Below the pieces are notes generated by a model that saw nothing but the letters and a program-made list of their open reading frames with translations, searched no databases and was not told where the DNA came from. A DNA stretch of 55,605 nucleotides, from the NCBI GenBank assembly GCA_017452585.1, contig JAFTMD010000040.1, positions 1-55,605 of the forward strand, written 5' to 3'. A program made the translations under genes and the position numbers. Shown one piece after another: positions 20,421 through 29,862 of the stretch (position 1 is the first letter of the stretch; the number at the start of each line of letters is the position of its first letter). This DNA comes from Clostridia bacterium (GTDB lineage Bacteria; Bacillota; Clostridia; Christensenellales; Borkfalkiaceae).

Positions 20421-20436
20421 CCCATGTATGCGTTAA
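20421..20436 (+). repeat. iterated motif copy (14/15)
   Basis: CCCATGTATGCGTTAA. The 22 nt ATTTATAAGCCACCCATGTATG (20409-20430) are identical to 21111-21132. Confidence 0.85.
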
Positions 20437-20446
20437 TATAGGAAAA

Positions 20447-20671
20447 TTAAAATTCTTTAGGGCGTTCTACGCAAAGAATTTCATTGGCATCTAAATCCAA
20501 CACGGTGCAAAGTCTGGAAAAGGTATCCAAGGCAGGCAAGGTTTTTCCAGTGAGATAGCTGGAAATTTGTTGTTGTCGAACACCGATTTTTGCGGCGATC
20601 TCCCTCTGTGTTAAATGACTCTGTTGAATGGCTTCCGCTAACTTTTTTGAAATTTCAATGATGGTTGTCAT
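20447..20671 (-). CDS. XRE-family helix-turn-helix regulator
   Basis: 74 aa. LTQREIAAKIGVRQQQISSYLTGKTLP is a canonical HTH_3 pattern. Confidence 0.85.
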   Translation of the reverse strand: MTTIIEISKKLAEAIQQSHLTQREIAAKIGVRQQQISSYLTGKTLPALDTFSRLCTVLDLDANEILCVERPKEF

Positions 20672-20708
20672 GATATACTCCTAATCTTTTTCTTTATTTT
20701 ACATCTTA

Positions 20709-20748
20709 TGCATGTATTTTTTCTTGACTTACACGTGTTGCATGTATT
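20709..20748. promoter_or_regulatory. operator-like direct repeats between the divergent XRE genes
   Basis: TGCATGTATT occurs at 20709-20718 and 20739-20748 (30-nt phasing). The second copy abuts or overlaps the -10 of the + promoter. Confidence 0.5.
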
Positions 20749-20753
20749 ATAAT
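20724..20753 (+). promoter_or_regulatory. promoter of the + strand XRE gene
   Basis: TTGACT (20724-20729), 18-nt spacer, TATAAT (20748-20753). AGGAGG lies ahead of the ATG at 20774. Confidence 0.6.
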
Positions 20754-20773
20754 ATTAAAAAAGGAGGAGAGTT

Positions 20774-21118
20774 ATGAAATATAGCGAACTACTGATGAGA
20801 TTACGTGCGGAACGCCTAACGAGGAAAATTTCTGTAAAGAAGATGGCGGAAGGGTTAGGTTTATCTGCTTGTTCGATTTGTAATATGGAAAAAGGGAAAA
20901 CGCCGATCACTTTGGAAAAATATTTAAAGATCTGTGAAATCATGAACGTAGACGTTTGTACGATTTTTAGGAATAATGAATGTAGTCTTCCTAATTCTCC
21001 ATATAGAGAAAGAGAACTGGAGTATATGGAAGCAAAAATGCGTTGCTTAGAGGAACGTGATTTTAGAATTTTGAAAGACTTATTGCTATTAATGACGACG
21101 GAAAAAGAGGATTTATAA
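20774..21118 (+). CDS. XRE-family helix-turn-helix regulator
   Basis: 114 aa. ISVKKMAEGLGLSACSICNMEKGKTPITLEKYLKICE is an HTH_3 pattern, followed by a C-terminal helical extension. Confidence 0.8.
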   Translation: MKYSELLMRLRAERLTRKISVKKMAEGLGLSACSICNMEKGKTPITLEKYLKICEIMNVDVCTIFRNNECSLPNSPYRERELEYMEAKMRCLEERDFRILKDLLLLMTTEKEDL

Positions 21119-21119
21119 G

Positions 21120-21209
21120 CCACCCATGTATGAGGTGAACGCTATTTCCTTGGCTTCTCCTTGAGGAGAAGCTGTCGAAAACGAAGTTTGAGACTGATGA
21201 GGTGGAAAA
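21120..21209 (+). repeat. 90-nt direct repeat, copy 2 (right flank of the XRE cassette; leader of DUF559)
   Basis: See 20315-20404. Begins with the motif copy CCCATGTATGAGGTGA (21123-21138, 13/15) and contains the A-family left arm (21147-21205). Confidence 0.9.
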
Positions 21210-21655
21210 TGAATTCTATACAAAATCCTAAATTAACACTGAATGCCCGAAAACTCCGCAAGGAGATGACGGAAGAGGAACGGAAACTTTGGTATACATT
21301 CTTGAAAAAGTTGCCATTTACGGTGCATAGACAAAAGGTGATACAGCGGTATATTGTAGATTTTTATATCGCTGAAGCGAAAATTGTGATAGAACTAGAT
21401 GGTTCTCAGCATTACGAGGAAAAGGGCGAACAGGCGGACAAGGAAAGAGATTTGGCGTTGAAAGAGTTAGGCTTTACTGTGTTGCGCTATACAAATTTAG
21501 ATATACAACGAAAATTTAAAATGGTCTGTGAGATATTTGGAATCGGGTGGAAGCCGCAGTTGCCACCTCATCCGTCACTCCGTGACACCTTCTCCTCAAG
21601 GCGAAGGCAAGGGGGGATTTTCAGCGAAGGCAAGGGGCATGTATGCGTCGAATGA
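21209..21655 (+). CDS. DUF559 endonuclease-fold protein (Vsr-like); C-terminal tail reads into repeat DNA
   Basis: ORF track 21161..21655. Start moved to the ATG at 21209 (MNSIQNPKL). ARKLRKEMTEEERKLWYTFLKK...FTVHRQKVIQRYIVDFYIAEAKIVIELDGSQH...LGFTVLRYTNLDI matches the DUF559 pattern. The last ~35 aa (PHPSLRDTFSSRRRQ...) are encoded by the A-family right arm. Confidence 0.8.
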   Translation: MNSIQNPKLTLNARKLRKEMTEEERKLWYTFLKKLPFTVHRQKVIQRYIVDFYIAEAKIVIELDGSQHYEEKGEQADKERDLALKELGFTVLRYTNLDIQRKFKMVCEIFGIGWKPQLPPHPSLRDTFSSRRRQGGIFSEGKGHVCVE

Positions 21656-21755
21656 AAATTTAAAATGGTCTGTGAGATATTTGGAATCGAGTGGAAGCCG
21701 CAGTTTTCACCTCATCCGTCACTCCGTGACACCTTCTCCTCAAGGCGAAGGCAAG
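21511..21755 (+). repeat. tandem duplication, period 144 nt, of the DUF559 3' end plus the A-family right arm
   Basis: 21511-21611 and 21655-21755 differ at 3 of 101 positions. Each copy carries CACCTCATCCGTCACTCCGTGACACCTTCTCCTCAAGGCGAAGGCAAG. The 43-nt joint contains the motif copy GCATGTATGCGTCGA (21637-21651, 13/15). Confidence 0.9.
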
Positions 21756-21804
21756 AGAAATATGCTCTGCGTAGGCAAGTTGACACTTTCAAGGATGTGT
21801 GGGG

Positions 21805-22084
21805 TAGCCAGATAAGAATAATACGAACCAGCCTCAAAGGCGTCTTTTCCGTATCTTTTGGCAAATGCGTTCTTGCCGTATGTCCAATACGCCTGCGCCC
21901 ACCTTTTCCAAAATCTATCGAAAAATCCTCTCTTTGAGGTGCGAAGCAATTTTGGGTAGGCAGATTTTGGATCAGACAAGGCAAAACCGCAGGGCAACCT
22001 TGTGACAGTTGGTTGAGGATTTTAACGCAGTATCAGACAAAATCAGCCATTCAAAATCAGGTTTGTATTATTCTTATCTGGCTA
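21805..22084. repeat. 280-bp element bounded by a perfect 20-bp terminal inverted repeat (MITE-like)
   Basis: TAGCCAGATAAGAATAATAC (21805-21824) is the exact reverse complement of GTATTATTCTTATCTGGCTA (22065-22084). Internal complements: CCTCAAAG/CTTTGAGG and CCAAAATCT/AGATTTTGG. Confidence 0.75.
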
Positions 22085-22143
22085 TCCAATTTCCTGCCAC
22101 GTTTCGGTGCTGTTGTTATGTCTTAAAATTGAATAAAAATACG

Positions 22144-22175
22144 CCCGCTGTCTTCTATTAAGACGGTGGGTTTTG
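22144..22175 (+). terminator. intrinsic terminator upstream of gyrB
   Basis: CCCGCTGTCTT-CTATT-AAGACGGTGGG (two G-U or mismatched pairs) followed by TTTT. Confidence 0.55.
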
Positions 22176-22258
22176 TCGATTTTAGGGGGAAAAGAAGGCT
22201 AAAAAAGCGGATAATTGCAAAAAACTTGTGGATAACTTATTTTCTCACGCAAAATTGA

Positions 22259-22287
22259 TTTACAAATTTTTTTATTTGTGGTATAAT
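22259..22287 (+). promoter_or_regulatory. gyrB promoter
   Basis: TTTACA (22259-22264), 17-nt spacer, TGG-extended TATAAT (22282-22287). Confidence 0.65.
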
Positions 22288-22302
22288 AGGAGCGTAAAAT
22301 AA

Positions 22303-24264
<1,962 letters not shown>

Positions 24265-24274
24265 GGAGAATACT

Positions 24275-26899
24275 ATGGCAAAGAAAGAAACTAGCCCGGA
24301 ATTGACAGAGGAATTTAGAAAAACACTCTCCATGACCAAGATGTTGGACATTGAGGTGGATGACGAATTAAAACGCTCCGTCATCGCGTATGCAATGGCG
24401 GTAAACAAATCCCGTGCCATTCCCGATGCGCGCGACGGTTTGAAACCCGTCCATAGACGTATTTTGTACTCGATGCATGAAATGGGGCTGTATAATGATA
24501 AGGCGTTTAAAAAGTGCGCCCGTATCGTCGGGGACTGTATGGGTAAATACCACCCCCACGGCGACAGCTCGGTATATGACGCGCTCGTTCGTTTGGCACA
24601 GGAATTCACCATCAGCTTCCCCTTGGTAGACGGCCATGGGAACTTTGGTTCGGTGGACGGCGACCCTGCGGCAGCAATGCGTTATACGGAAGCAAGACTT
24701 AGCAAGCTCGCTTCGGAAATGCTGAAAGATTTGGATAAGGATACGGTAGACTTTATCCCCAACTTTGACGGCAGTGAAGAAGAACCTACCGTTCTGCCCG
24801 CAAGATATCCCAACCTTTTGGTAAATGGCGCGGACGGGATTGCAGTTGGTATGGCAACCAACATTCCTCCGCATAACTTGGCGGAAGTTATTGACGGCAC
24901 GATTGCACTGATCGACAACCCCGACATTACGGTAGATGAATTGATGGAATACATTCCCGCGCCCGATTTCCCCACAGGGGGCATCATCATGGGCAGAAGC
25001 GGGATCAAACGCGCGTACAGAACGGGACAGGGCAACCTTGTCATTCGCTCGAAGTGCGAAATTGAAGAATATGGCAGTGGCAACAATCTTCGTTCCCGCA
25101 TTGTCGTGACGGAAATTCCTTATCAGGTGAATAAGGCAAACCTCATCAAGGCAATTGCCGATATGGTCAATGATAAGAAATTGGAAGGCATCTCCGATAT
25201 CCGTGATGAATCGGATAGAGACGGTCTTCGTATCGTTATCGAATGTAAGAAGGACGCCAATGCGCAGGTCGTGCTCAACACCCTCTACAAAAAGACGAAA
25301 TTGCAGATCAGCGACGGGATTATCCTTTTGGCGCTTGTCGAAAACGGCACAGAACCCAAAACGCTGAACTTGCGTGAAATTTTGTTCCACTATCTCGAAC
25401 ATCAGAAGGAAGTTATCACGAGAAGAACGAGATATGAACTCAACAAAACAGAGGAAAGAGCGCACATTATCGCAGGTTTGGTGCTTGCCCTCGCCAACGT
25501 GGACGAAGTCATTCGTATCATCAAGGCTTCGGCGGATAAAAACGAGGCAATTATCGGCTTGACATCGGCATTTGAATTGGACGAAAAACAAGCCAACGCT
25601 ATTTTGGAAATGAGATTGCAGAGATTGACCTCTCTCGAAGTGGAAAAACTCAAGGCAGAATTGGACGAACTCCGCGCGACGATCGCAGATTTGAAAGATA
25701 TTTTGGCAAACGAATATCGCGTGTTGAATATTATCCGCACCGATTTGCAGACGATTCGCGATAAATATCCTTCCCCCAGAAAGACGGAGATTTCCGTGGA
25801 ATTTGGCAACATTGAAGACGAAGATTTGATTGACCGTGAAGACGTGGTTATCACGATTACCCACGGTGGATACATCAAGCGCTTGCCCGTGGACGAATAT
25901 AAGGCGCAGGGGCGTGGTGGCAGAGGGATTACCGGACATAGACCTAAAGATGAGGACTACGTCGAAAAGATGTTCGTCTGCTGTACGCACGATCCTATCT
26001 TGCTCTTCTCCTCAAAGGGTAAGGTATACTCCATCAAAGGGTATGAAATTCCGGAAGCCAACCGAACGGCAAGGGGCAGAGCTGTCGTCAATATTGTTCA
26101 GCTGGAACAGGGCGAAAAGATCGAAGCCGTACTTCCCGTCTTGGAAGACGGAACGGGCTATCTCGTGATGGCAACGGAAAAGGGCTTGATCAAAAAGACG
26201 CATACGGATGAATTTAAACGTATTGCGAAAAATGGTAAAATTGCCATTAAATTGCAGGAAAATGACCGCTTGATCGGGGTGCAATTCACGACGGGCGAAC
26301 AGGAAATTTTGGTGGCGTCGCGAGGCGGGAAATGTATCCGCTTCTCTGAAGAGGACGTTCGTCCTACCGGCAGAGGTACGCAGGGCGTCAAGGCGATTAC
26401 ACTCGGCAAAGAGGATATCGTGGTGGATATGCTCATTATTGATCCCTTGCAGGATTTGTTCACATTGACCTCCCTCGGATATGGAAAACGTTCCAAGATT
26501 GAGGATTATCGTTTGCAGACGCGTGGCGGTAAGGGTATCAAAGCAGGTGTGTTCAACGAAAAGACGGGCTATCTCGTCAATTTGAAGGCGGTCACCGATA
26601 ACGACGATATCATGATCATCACGACGGGTGGAACGATTATTCGTATGCACGCCGACGCCATCAGTTGTATCGGCAGAAGCACCCGTGGCGTACGCGTTAT
26701 GAACGTCAAGGACAGCGAAGTGGCAACGGTCGACATCACCGAACGTGATGACGAAGCGGAAACGCAAGCTCCCGAAGAAACGGCGGCGGATTTGAGCCCT
26801 GAAGATTTGGCAGAAGTCATGGATGAAACGGAAGAAGTGGAAGAAACTGTCGTTTTGGACGAAGTAGAAGAAGCAGAAGAAGCTTCCACCGAAGAATAA
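24275..26899 (+). CDS. gyrA: DNA gyrase subunit A
   Basis: 874 aa. [17 protein letters not shown] (QRDR region), [10 protein letters not shown] catalytic Tyr, C-terminal beta-pinwheel, long acidic tail. Confidence 0.97.
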   Translation: MAKKETSPELTEEFRKTLSMTKMLDIEVDDELKRSVIAYAMAVNKSRAIPDARDGLKPVHRRILYSMHEMGLYNDKAFKKCARIVGDCMGKYHPHGDSSVYDALVRLAQEFTISFPLVDGHGNFGSVDGDPAAAMRYTEARLSKLASEMLKDLDKDTVDFIPNFDGSEEEPTVLPARYPNLLVNGADGIAVGMATNIPPHNLAEVIDGTIALIDNPDITVDELMEYIPAPDFPTGGIIMGRSGIKRAYRTGQGNLVIRSKCEIEEYGSGNNLRSRIVVTEIPYQVNKANLIKAIADMVNDKKLEGISDIRDESDRDGLRIVIECKKDANAQVVLNTLYKKTKLQISDGIILLALVENGTEPKTLNLREILFHYLEHQKEVITRRTRYELNKTEERAHIIAGLVLALANVDEVIRIIKASADKNEAIIGLTSAFELDEKQANAILEMRLQRLTSLEVEKLKAELDELRATIADLKDILANEYRVLNIIRTDLQTIRDKYPSPRKTEISVEFGNIEDEDLIDREDVVITITHGGYIKRLPVDEYKAQGRGGRGITGHRPKDEDYVEKMFVCCTHDPILLFSSKGKVYSIKGYEIPEANRTARGRAVVNIVQLEQGEKIEAVLPVLEDGTGYLVMATEKGLIKKTHTDEFKRIAKNGKIAIKLQENDRLIGVQFTTGEQEILVASRGGKCIRFSEEDVRPTGRGTQGVKAITLGKEDIVVDMLIIDPLQDLFTLTSLGYGKRSKIEDYRLQTRGGKGIKAGVFNEKTGYLVNLKAVTDNDDIMIITTGGTIIRMHADAISCIGRSTRGVRVMNVKDSEVATVDITERDDEAETQAPEETAADLSPEDLAEVMDETEEVEETVVLDEVEEAEEASTEE

Positions 26900-26914
26900 T
26901 CGAATAAAAAACGT

Positions 26915-26946
26915 AAAAAATCTCCCTTTTTGAGGGAGATTTTCGT
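26915..26946 (+). terminator. gyrA terminator
   Basis: AAAATCTCCC-TTTTTGA-GGGAGATTTT. Nearly identical to the hairpin at 27010-27041. Confidence 0.8.
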
Positions 26947-26989
26947 TTAGTAAATTCAAAAATGGCAGGGGAAATAATCTAAAATGCCC

Positions 26990-27007
26990 ATACCATGTAT
27001 GCGATTA
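26990..27007 (+). repeat. iterated motif copy (13/15)
   Basis: CATACCATGTATGCGATTA, with a partial palindrome (CATAC-CAT-GTATG). Lies between the twin terminators. Confidence 0.8.
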
Positions 27008-27009
27008 CA

Positions 27010-27041
27010 TAAAAAATCTCCCTTTTAGAGGGAGATTTTTT
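27010..27041 (-). terminator. terminator of the P-type ATPase gene
   Basis: AAAATCTCCC-TTTTAGA-GGGAGATTTT, with A/T runs on both sides. Confidence 0.8.
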
Positions 27042-27051
27042 GATGGAATGA

Positions 27052-29652
27052 TTATTCTTCGGCTGGGTTCATTAAATCGAACGCCTTGATTAGGAAACTG
27101 GATATCGGGAAGGCTGCTTGAATGATGATGATAACCAGCAGCAGTTGTTCTAAGGTGAATTCCAGCTGATCCCAATTGGTAAAGACAATGTTTCCAAGAT
27201 AGGGAATACTTACGAAGGCAATACACAGCAGGGCAGTGCCCGCAAACAGAATTGTTCGATAAAGATTGAAGGGTTGACAAATTCTAAAGAGCATTACCAG
27301 TCCGCAGAAGGTCAACACCAACATCATAAGCGCATGATAGATGGGGGTGTCTTCTCCCATGGAGTTGACTAACCCAAAATCGTTTGCCAACGGTGTTTTA
27401 TGCAGGACGTAGAGGGAGATAATTCCCATCGCCATGGTGATAGACCCCGGCATGGCTCGGCTCAAGACGTAAGGGATGAATTTTCCCTTGACGCGATTGG
27501 TGTTGGGTTGCAAGGAGAGGAAGAAGGAGGGAATAGCGCTGATCAAGAATTCAAACATAAGCATATTGTTTGTCTTGAAGAAGTATTCGCTCTTTAAGAA
27601 AATACAGGTTACTGCCAAAATCAAGATGAGCAAAGTCTTCATGATGTAGAGGGAGGCAGAGTTTTTCACGTTGTTGATAACACGTCTGCCCTCGTAAACG
27701 ACTTTGGGCATGGAGCCAAAATTGTTGTCCTGCAAAACAAGGTTGGAAACGTTTCTGGCCGCTTCGCTCCCCGAAGCTACGGAGATGGCGCAATCGGCTT
27801 CTTTCATTGCCAAAATATCATTGACGCCGTCCCCCGTCATGGCGACGGTGTTGCCTGCTTTTTTGATGGCGCGCACCAAAATAGCCTTCTGTTCCGGGGT
27901 TACACGCCCGAATACGGTGTATTGATTGGCGGCGTTTTCCACTTCGATATTGGAAAGCCCTTCCAACGAGAGATACTGTGAAGCATTTTTAATTCCTGCG
28001 CGACGCGCCACTTCGGATACGGTAACGGGGTTATCCCCGGAAATAACCTTGACGTTGACGTCGTTTTCTTTAAACCATTTGATGGTTTCAATGGCATCGG
28101 GACGAATATTATCCGCAAGCGTGATGATGGCAACCGAACGAAGGGCGGTGGGCACTTTATCTCCCTGTAAGGGGGAGGGGGAATGCGCCAAAACCAACAC
28201 ACGCAAACCCATTTGGGCGTATTGTTTGACGATTTTATCTATGCGCGCGGGGACGGGCTTTAAAACAAATTCAGGCGCGCCCAACACGTAAGTGCCCGCT
28301 TCTTCAAAGGTAACGGCGGAGAATTTTCTCGCTGACGAGAAGGGAAGGGTAGCGGAGGCCGACAAAGCGGACGAATGTCCGAAACGCTCGTACAAGGCAA
28401 TGGAGGTTTGGTTATTGTCGGAAAGGGATGCCAACATAGAACCAATGACGTTATCAACGCTGTGTTCCCCCGTTGCATTCAGTAAGATACAATCGCTCAC
28501 CTTCATTCTGCCGTCGGTGATCGTTCCCGTCTTATCCAAACAGAGTACGTTGACGCGGGCAAGCATTTCCAAAGAGTAGATGTCTTGCACCAAGGTGTTG
28601 TAGCGGGCAAGATTGAGGATTCCCATCGTGAGGGCGGCGGTTGTCAACAAAAGCAGCCCGGAAGGGATCATACCAATGACGACGGAAGCCGTCTTTTGAA
28701 TGGTTTTGCAAAGGGTGTCGCCACCGGCAAAGAGATGCCCTAAAAATCCGCCCGTGGCCTCTAGTTCTTCCCAACTTCCGCCGATGGCTTCATAATTGGT
28801 CATAAACATCAAAATGGCAATCGGGATAATCAACAAACCGATCATCTTGATGAACAAGCTGATGGAGTTCATGATTTCAGAATTGGGACGCTTATAAGTT
28901 TTTGCGCGAGAGGTGAGTTTGCTGATGTAGGTATCTTCACCAATCTTATCCACGCGGACGATAATTTGACCACTTGCCATGAAGGAGCCGGCGTAGAGCA
29001 GAGATTCCGGTTCTTTTTTAATGGGGACGGATTCCCCTGTCAAGAGGGATTCGTTGACCTCTGCCATACCCTCCAGGGCAATACAGTCGGCGGGGATTTG
29101 TTGACCTGCCGTGAGGACGAGGACATCATCTAAGACAATTTCTTGGGTGGATATCTCCATTTTCCTTCCGTTTCGAATAACCGTCGCCATTGGCGCGGAC
29201 AGAATGGAGAGTTTGTCAAGTTTGCGTTTTGCGCGGATTTCAAAGATGATGCCTACGGCGATATTAATGGCAAAGATAAGCACGAACAGAAACTGCGTAT
29301 ACTCTGCGCGCGCCATAAGCAGCGCAATTGCGGCAAGGGCGCAGATGAGATTGAACCCCGTGCATATATTGCCCACGAAGATACTCAAATAGGACTTAGA
29401 ATATTTCTTTCCGCCCGTGTTGATAAGCCCGCTCTGAATACGTTCGTTGATTTGCGACGTATTCAGCCCGTCTTTGACGGTGGGATGATAGCGCACGATG
29501 TCTGCCATGGACGGTTTTTTACGCTTTTGTTTTTTTTCTTTTTGTTTTGGGAAAAGGGATAGAAAATGTTTATCCTGCTTTTCCTGTTCCGAAGTATATT
29601 CGGTTGTATTCTCTTTTTCTTTCATTTTTGTACAAAACTCCATGAAAATCAT
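27052..29652 (-). CDS. cation-translocating P-type ATPase (HAD-IC type)
   Basis: CLDKTGTITDG phosphorylation site, LTGESVP, MTGDGVNDILAMKEADCAISV hinge, multiple TM helices. Start uncertain: the alternative ATG at 29625 (MKEKEN) has GGAG 12 nt upstream. Confidence 0.9.
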   Translation of the reverse strand: MIFMEFCTKMKEKENTTEYTSEQEKQDKHFLSLFPKQKEKKQKRKKPSMADIVRYHPTVKDGLNTSQINERIQSGLINTGGKKYSKSYLSIFVGNICTGFNLICALAAIALLMARAEYTQFLFVLIFAINIAVGIIFEIRAKRKLDKLSILSAPMATVIRNGRKMEISTQEIVLDDVLVLTAGQQIPADCIALEGMAEVNESLLTGESVPIKKEPESLLYAGSFMASGQIIVRVDKIGEDTYISKLTSRAKTYKRPNSEIMNSISLFIKMIGLLIIPIAILMFMTNYEAIGGSWEELEATGGFLGHLFAGGDTLCKTIQKTASVVIGMIPSGLLLLTTAALTMGILNLARYNTLVQDIYSLEMLARVNVLCLDKTGTITDGRMKVSDCILLNATGEHSVDNVIGSMLASLSDNNQTSIALYERFGHSSALSASATLPFSSARKFSAVTFEEAGTYVLGAPEFVLKPVPARIDKIVKQYAQMGLRVLVLAHSPSPLQGDKVPTALRSVAIITLADNIRPDAIETIKWFKENDVNVKVISGDNPVTVSEVARRAGIKNASQYLSLEGLSNIEVENAANQYTVFGRVTPEQKAILVRAIKKAGNTVAMTGDGVNDILAMKEADCAISVASGSEAARNVSNLVLQDNNFGSMPKVVYEGRRVINNVKNSASLYIMKTLLILILAVTCIFLKSEYFFKTNNMLMFEFLISAIPSFFLSLQPNTNRVKGKFIPYVLSRAMPGSITMAMGIISLYVLHKTPLANDFGLVNSMGEDTPIYHALMMLVLTFCGLVMLFRICQPFNLYRTILFAGTALLCIAFVSIPYLGNIVFTNWDQLEFTLEQLLLVIIIIQAAFPISSFLIKAFDLMNPAEE

Positions 29653-29741
29653 TTGATGTTACTATTATAGCATATACAAAGAAAAAATACAAGTTTTTTA
29701 TGGAAAATTTACAGAAATCAAGATTAGTTGATTTGTTTTAA

Positions 29742-29770
29742 TTGATTTTACTTGCAAAAAGTTGTATAAT
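29742..29770 (+). promoter_or_regulatory. serS promoter
   Basis: TTGATT (29742-29747), 17-nt spacer, TGt-extended TATAAT (29765-29770). The leader is only ~85 nt. Confidence 0.6.
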
Positions 29771-29862
29771 AGAAGAGTATTATGTTTACGGGATAGGCTT
29801 TGCTAAGTCACCGTCAAACAAGCGATTTGATTTGAAGAAAGATAAAAATAGAGGTATTACGC

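Noticed and set aside
20315-21755. CRISPR array interpretation of the repeated segments around the XRE/DUF559 locus.
   Set aside because: The repeats are 90-144 nt long, only two copies each, irregularly spaced and enclosing genes. There are no 24-40 nt repeat/spacer periodicity and no cas genes.
21528-21997. ORFs 21528..21815 (+), 21665..21937 (+), 21712..21984 (-) and 21740..21997 (-) as possible small genes.
   Set aside because: They read through the tandem duplication, the A-family arms and the inverted-repeat element boundary. They have no RBS, and two of them simply repeat the PSPQGEG-type translation of the hairpin repeat. A decayed gene fragment inside the 280-bp element cannot be excluded.
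22227-22235. A perfect DnaA box (TGTGGATAA, the complement of TTATCCACA) upstream of gyrB, suggesting oriC.
   Set aside because: It is a single box. About 0.4 are expected by chance in this window. There is no cluster, no AT-rich unwinding element pattern, and no dnaA, dnaN or recF nearby.
24368-25990. Very long antisense ORFs. Examples: 540 aa opposite gyrA, 510 aa at 52974..54506 opposite glyQS, 413 aa at 34867..36108, 305 aa at 7006..7923, 328 aa at 22447..23433.
   Set aside because: Each lies wholly inside a gene with unmistakable family motifs on the other strand. Their translations are low-complexity (rich in R, F, V and N), and they lack RBS and promoter signals. They are shadow ORFs produced by the codon bias of the real gene.
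29771-29862. T-box leader upstream of serS.
   Set aside because: The leader is only ~85 nt from the predicted -10 to the ATG, and no T-box sequence or terminator hairpin is present.
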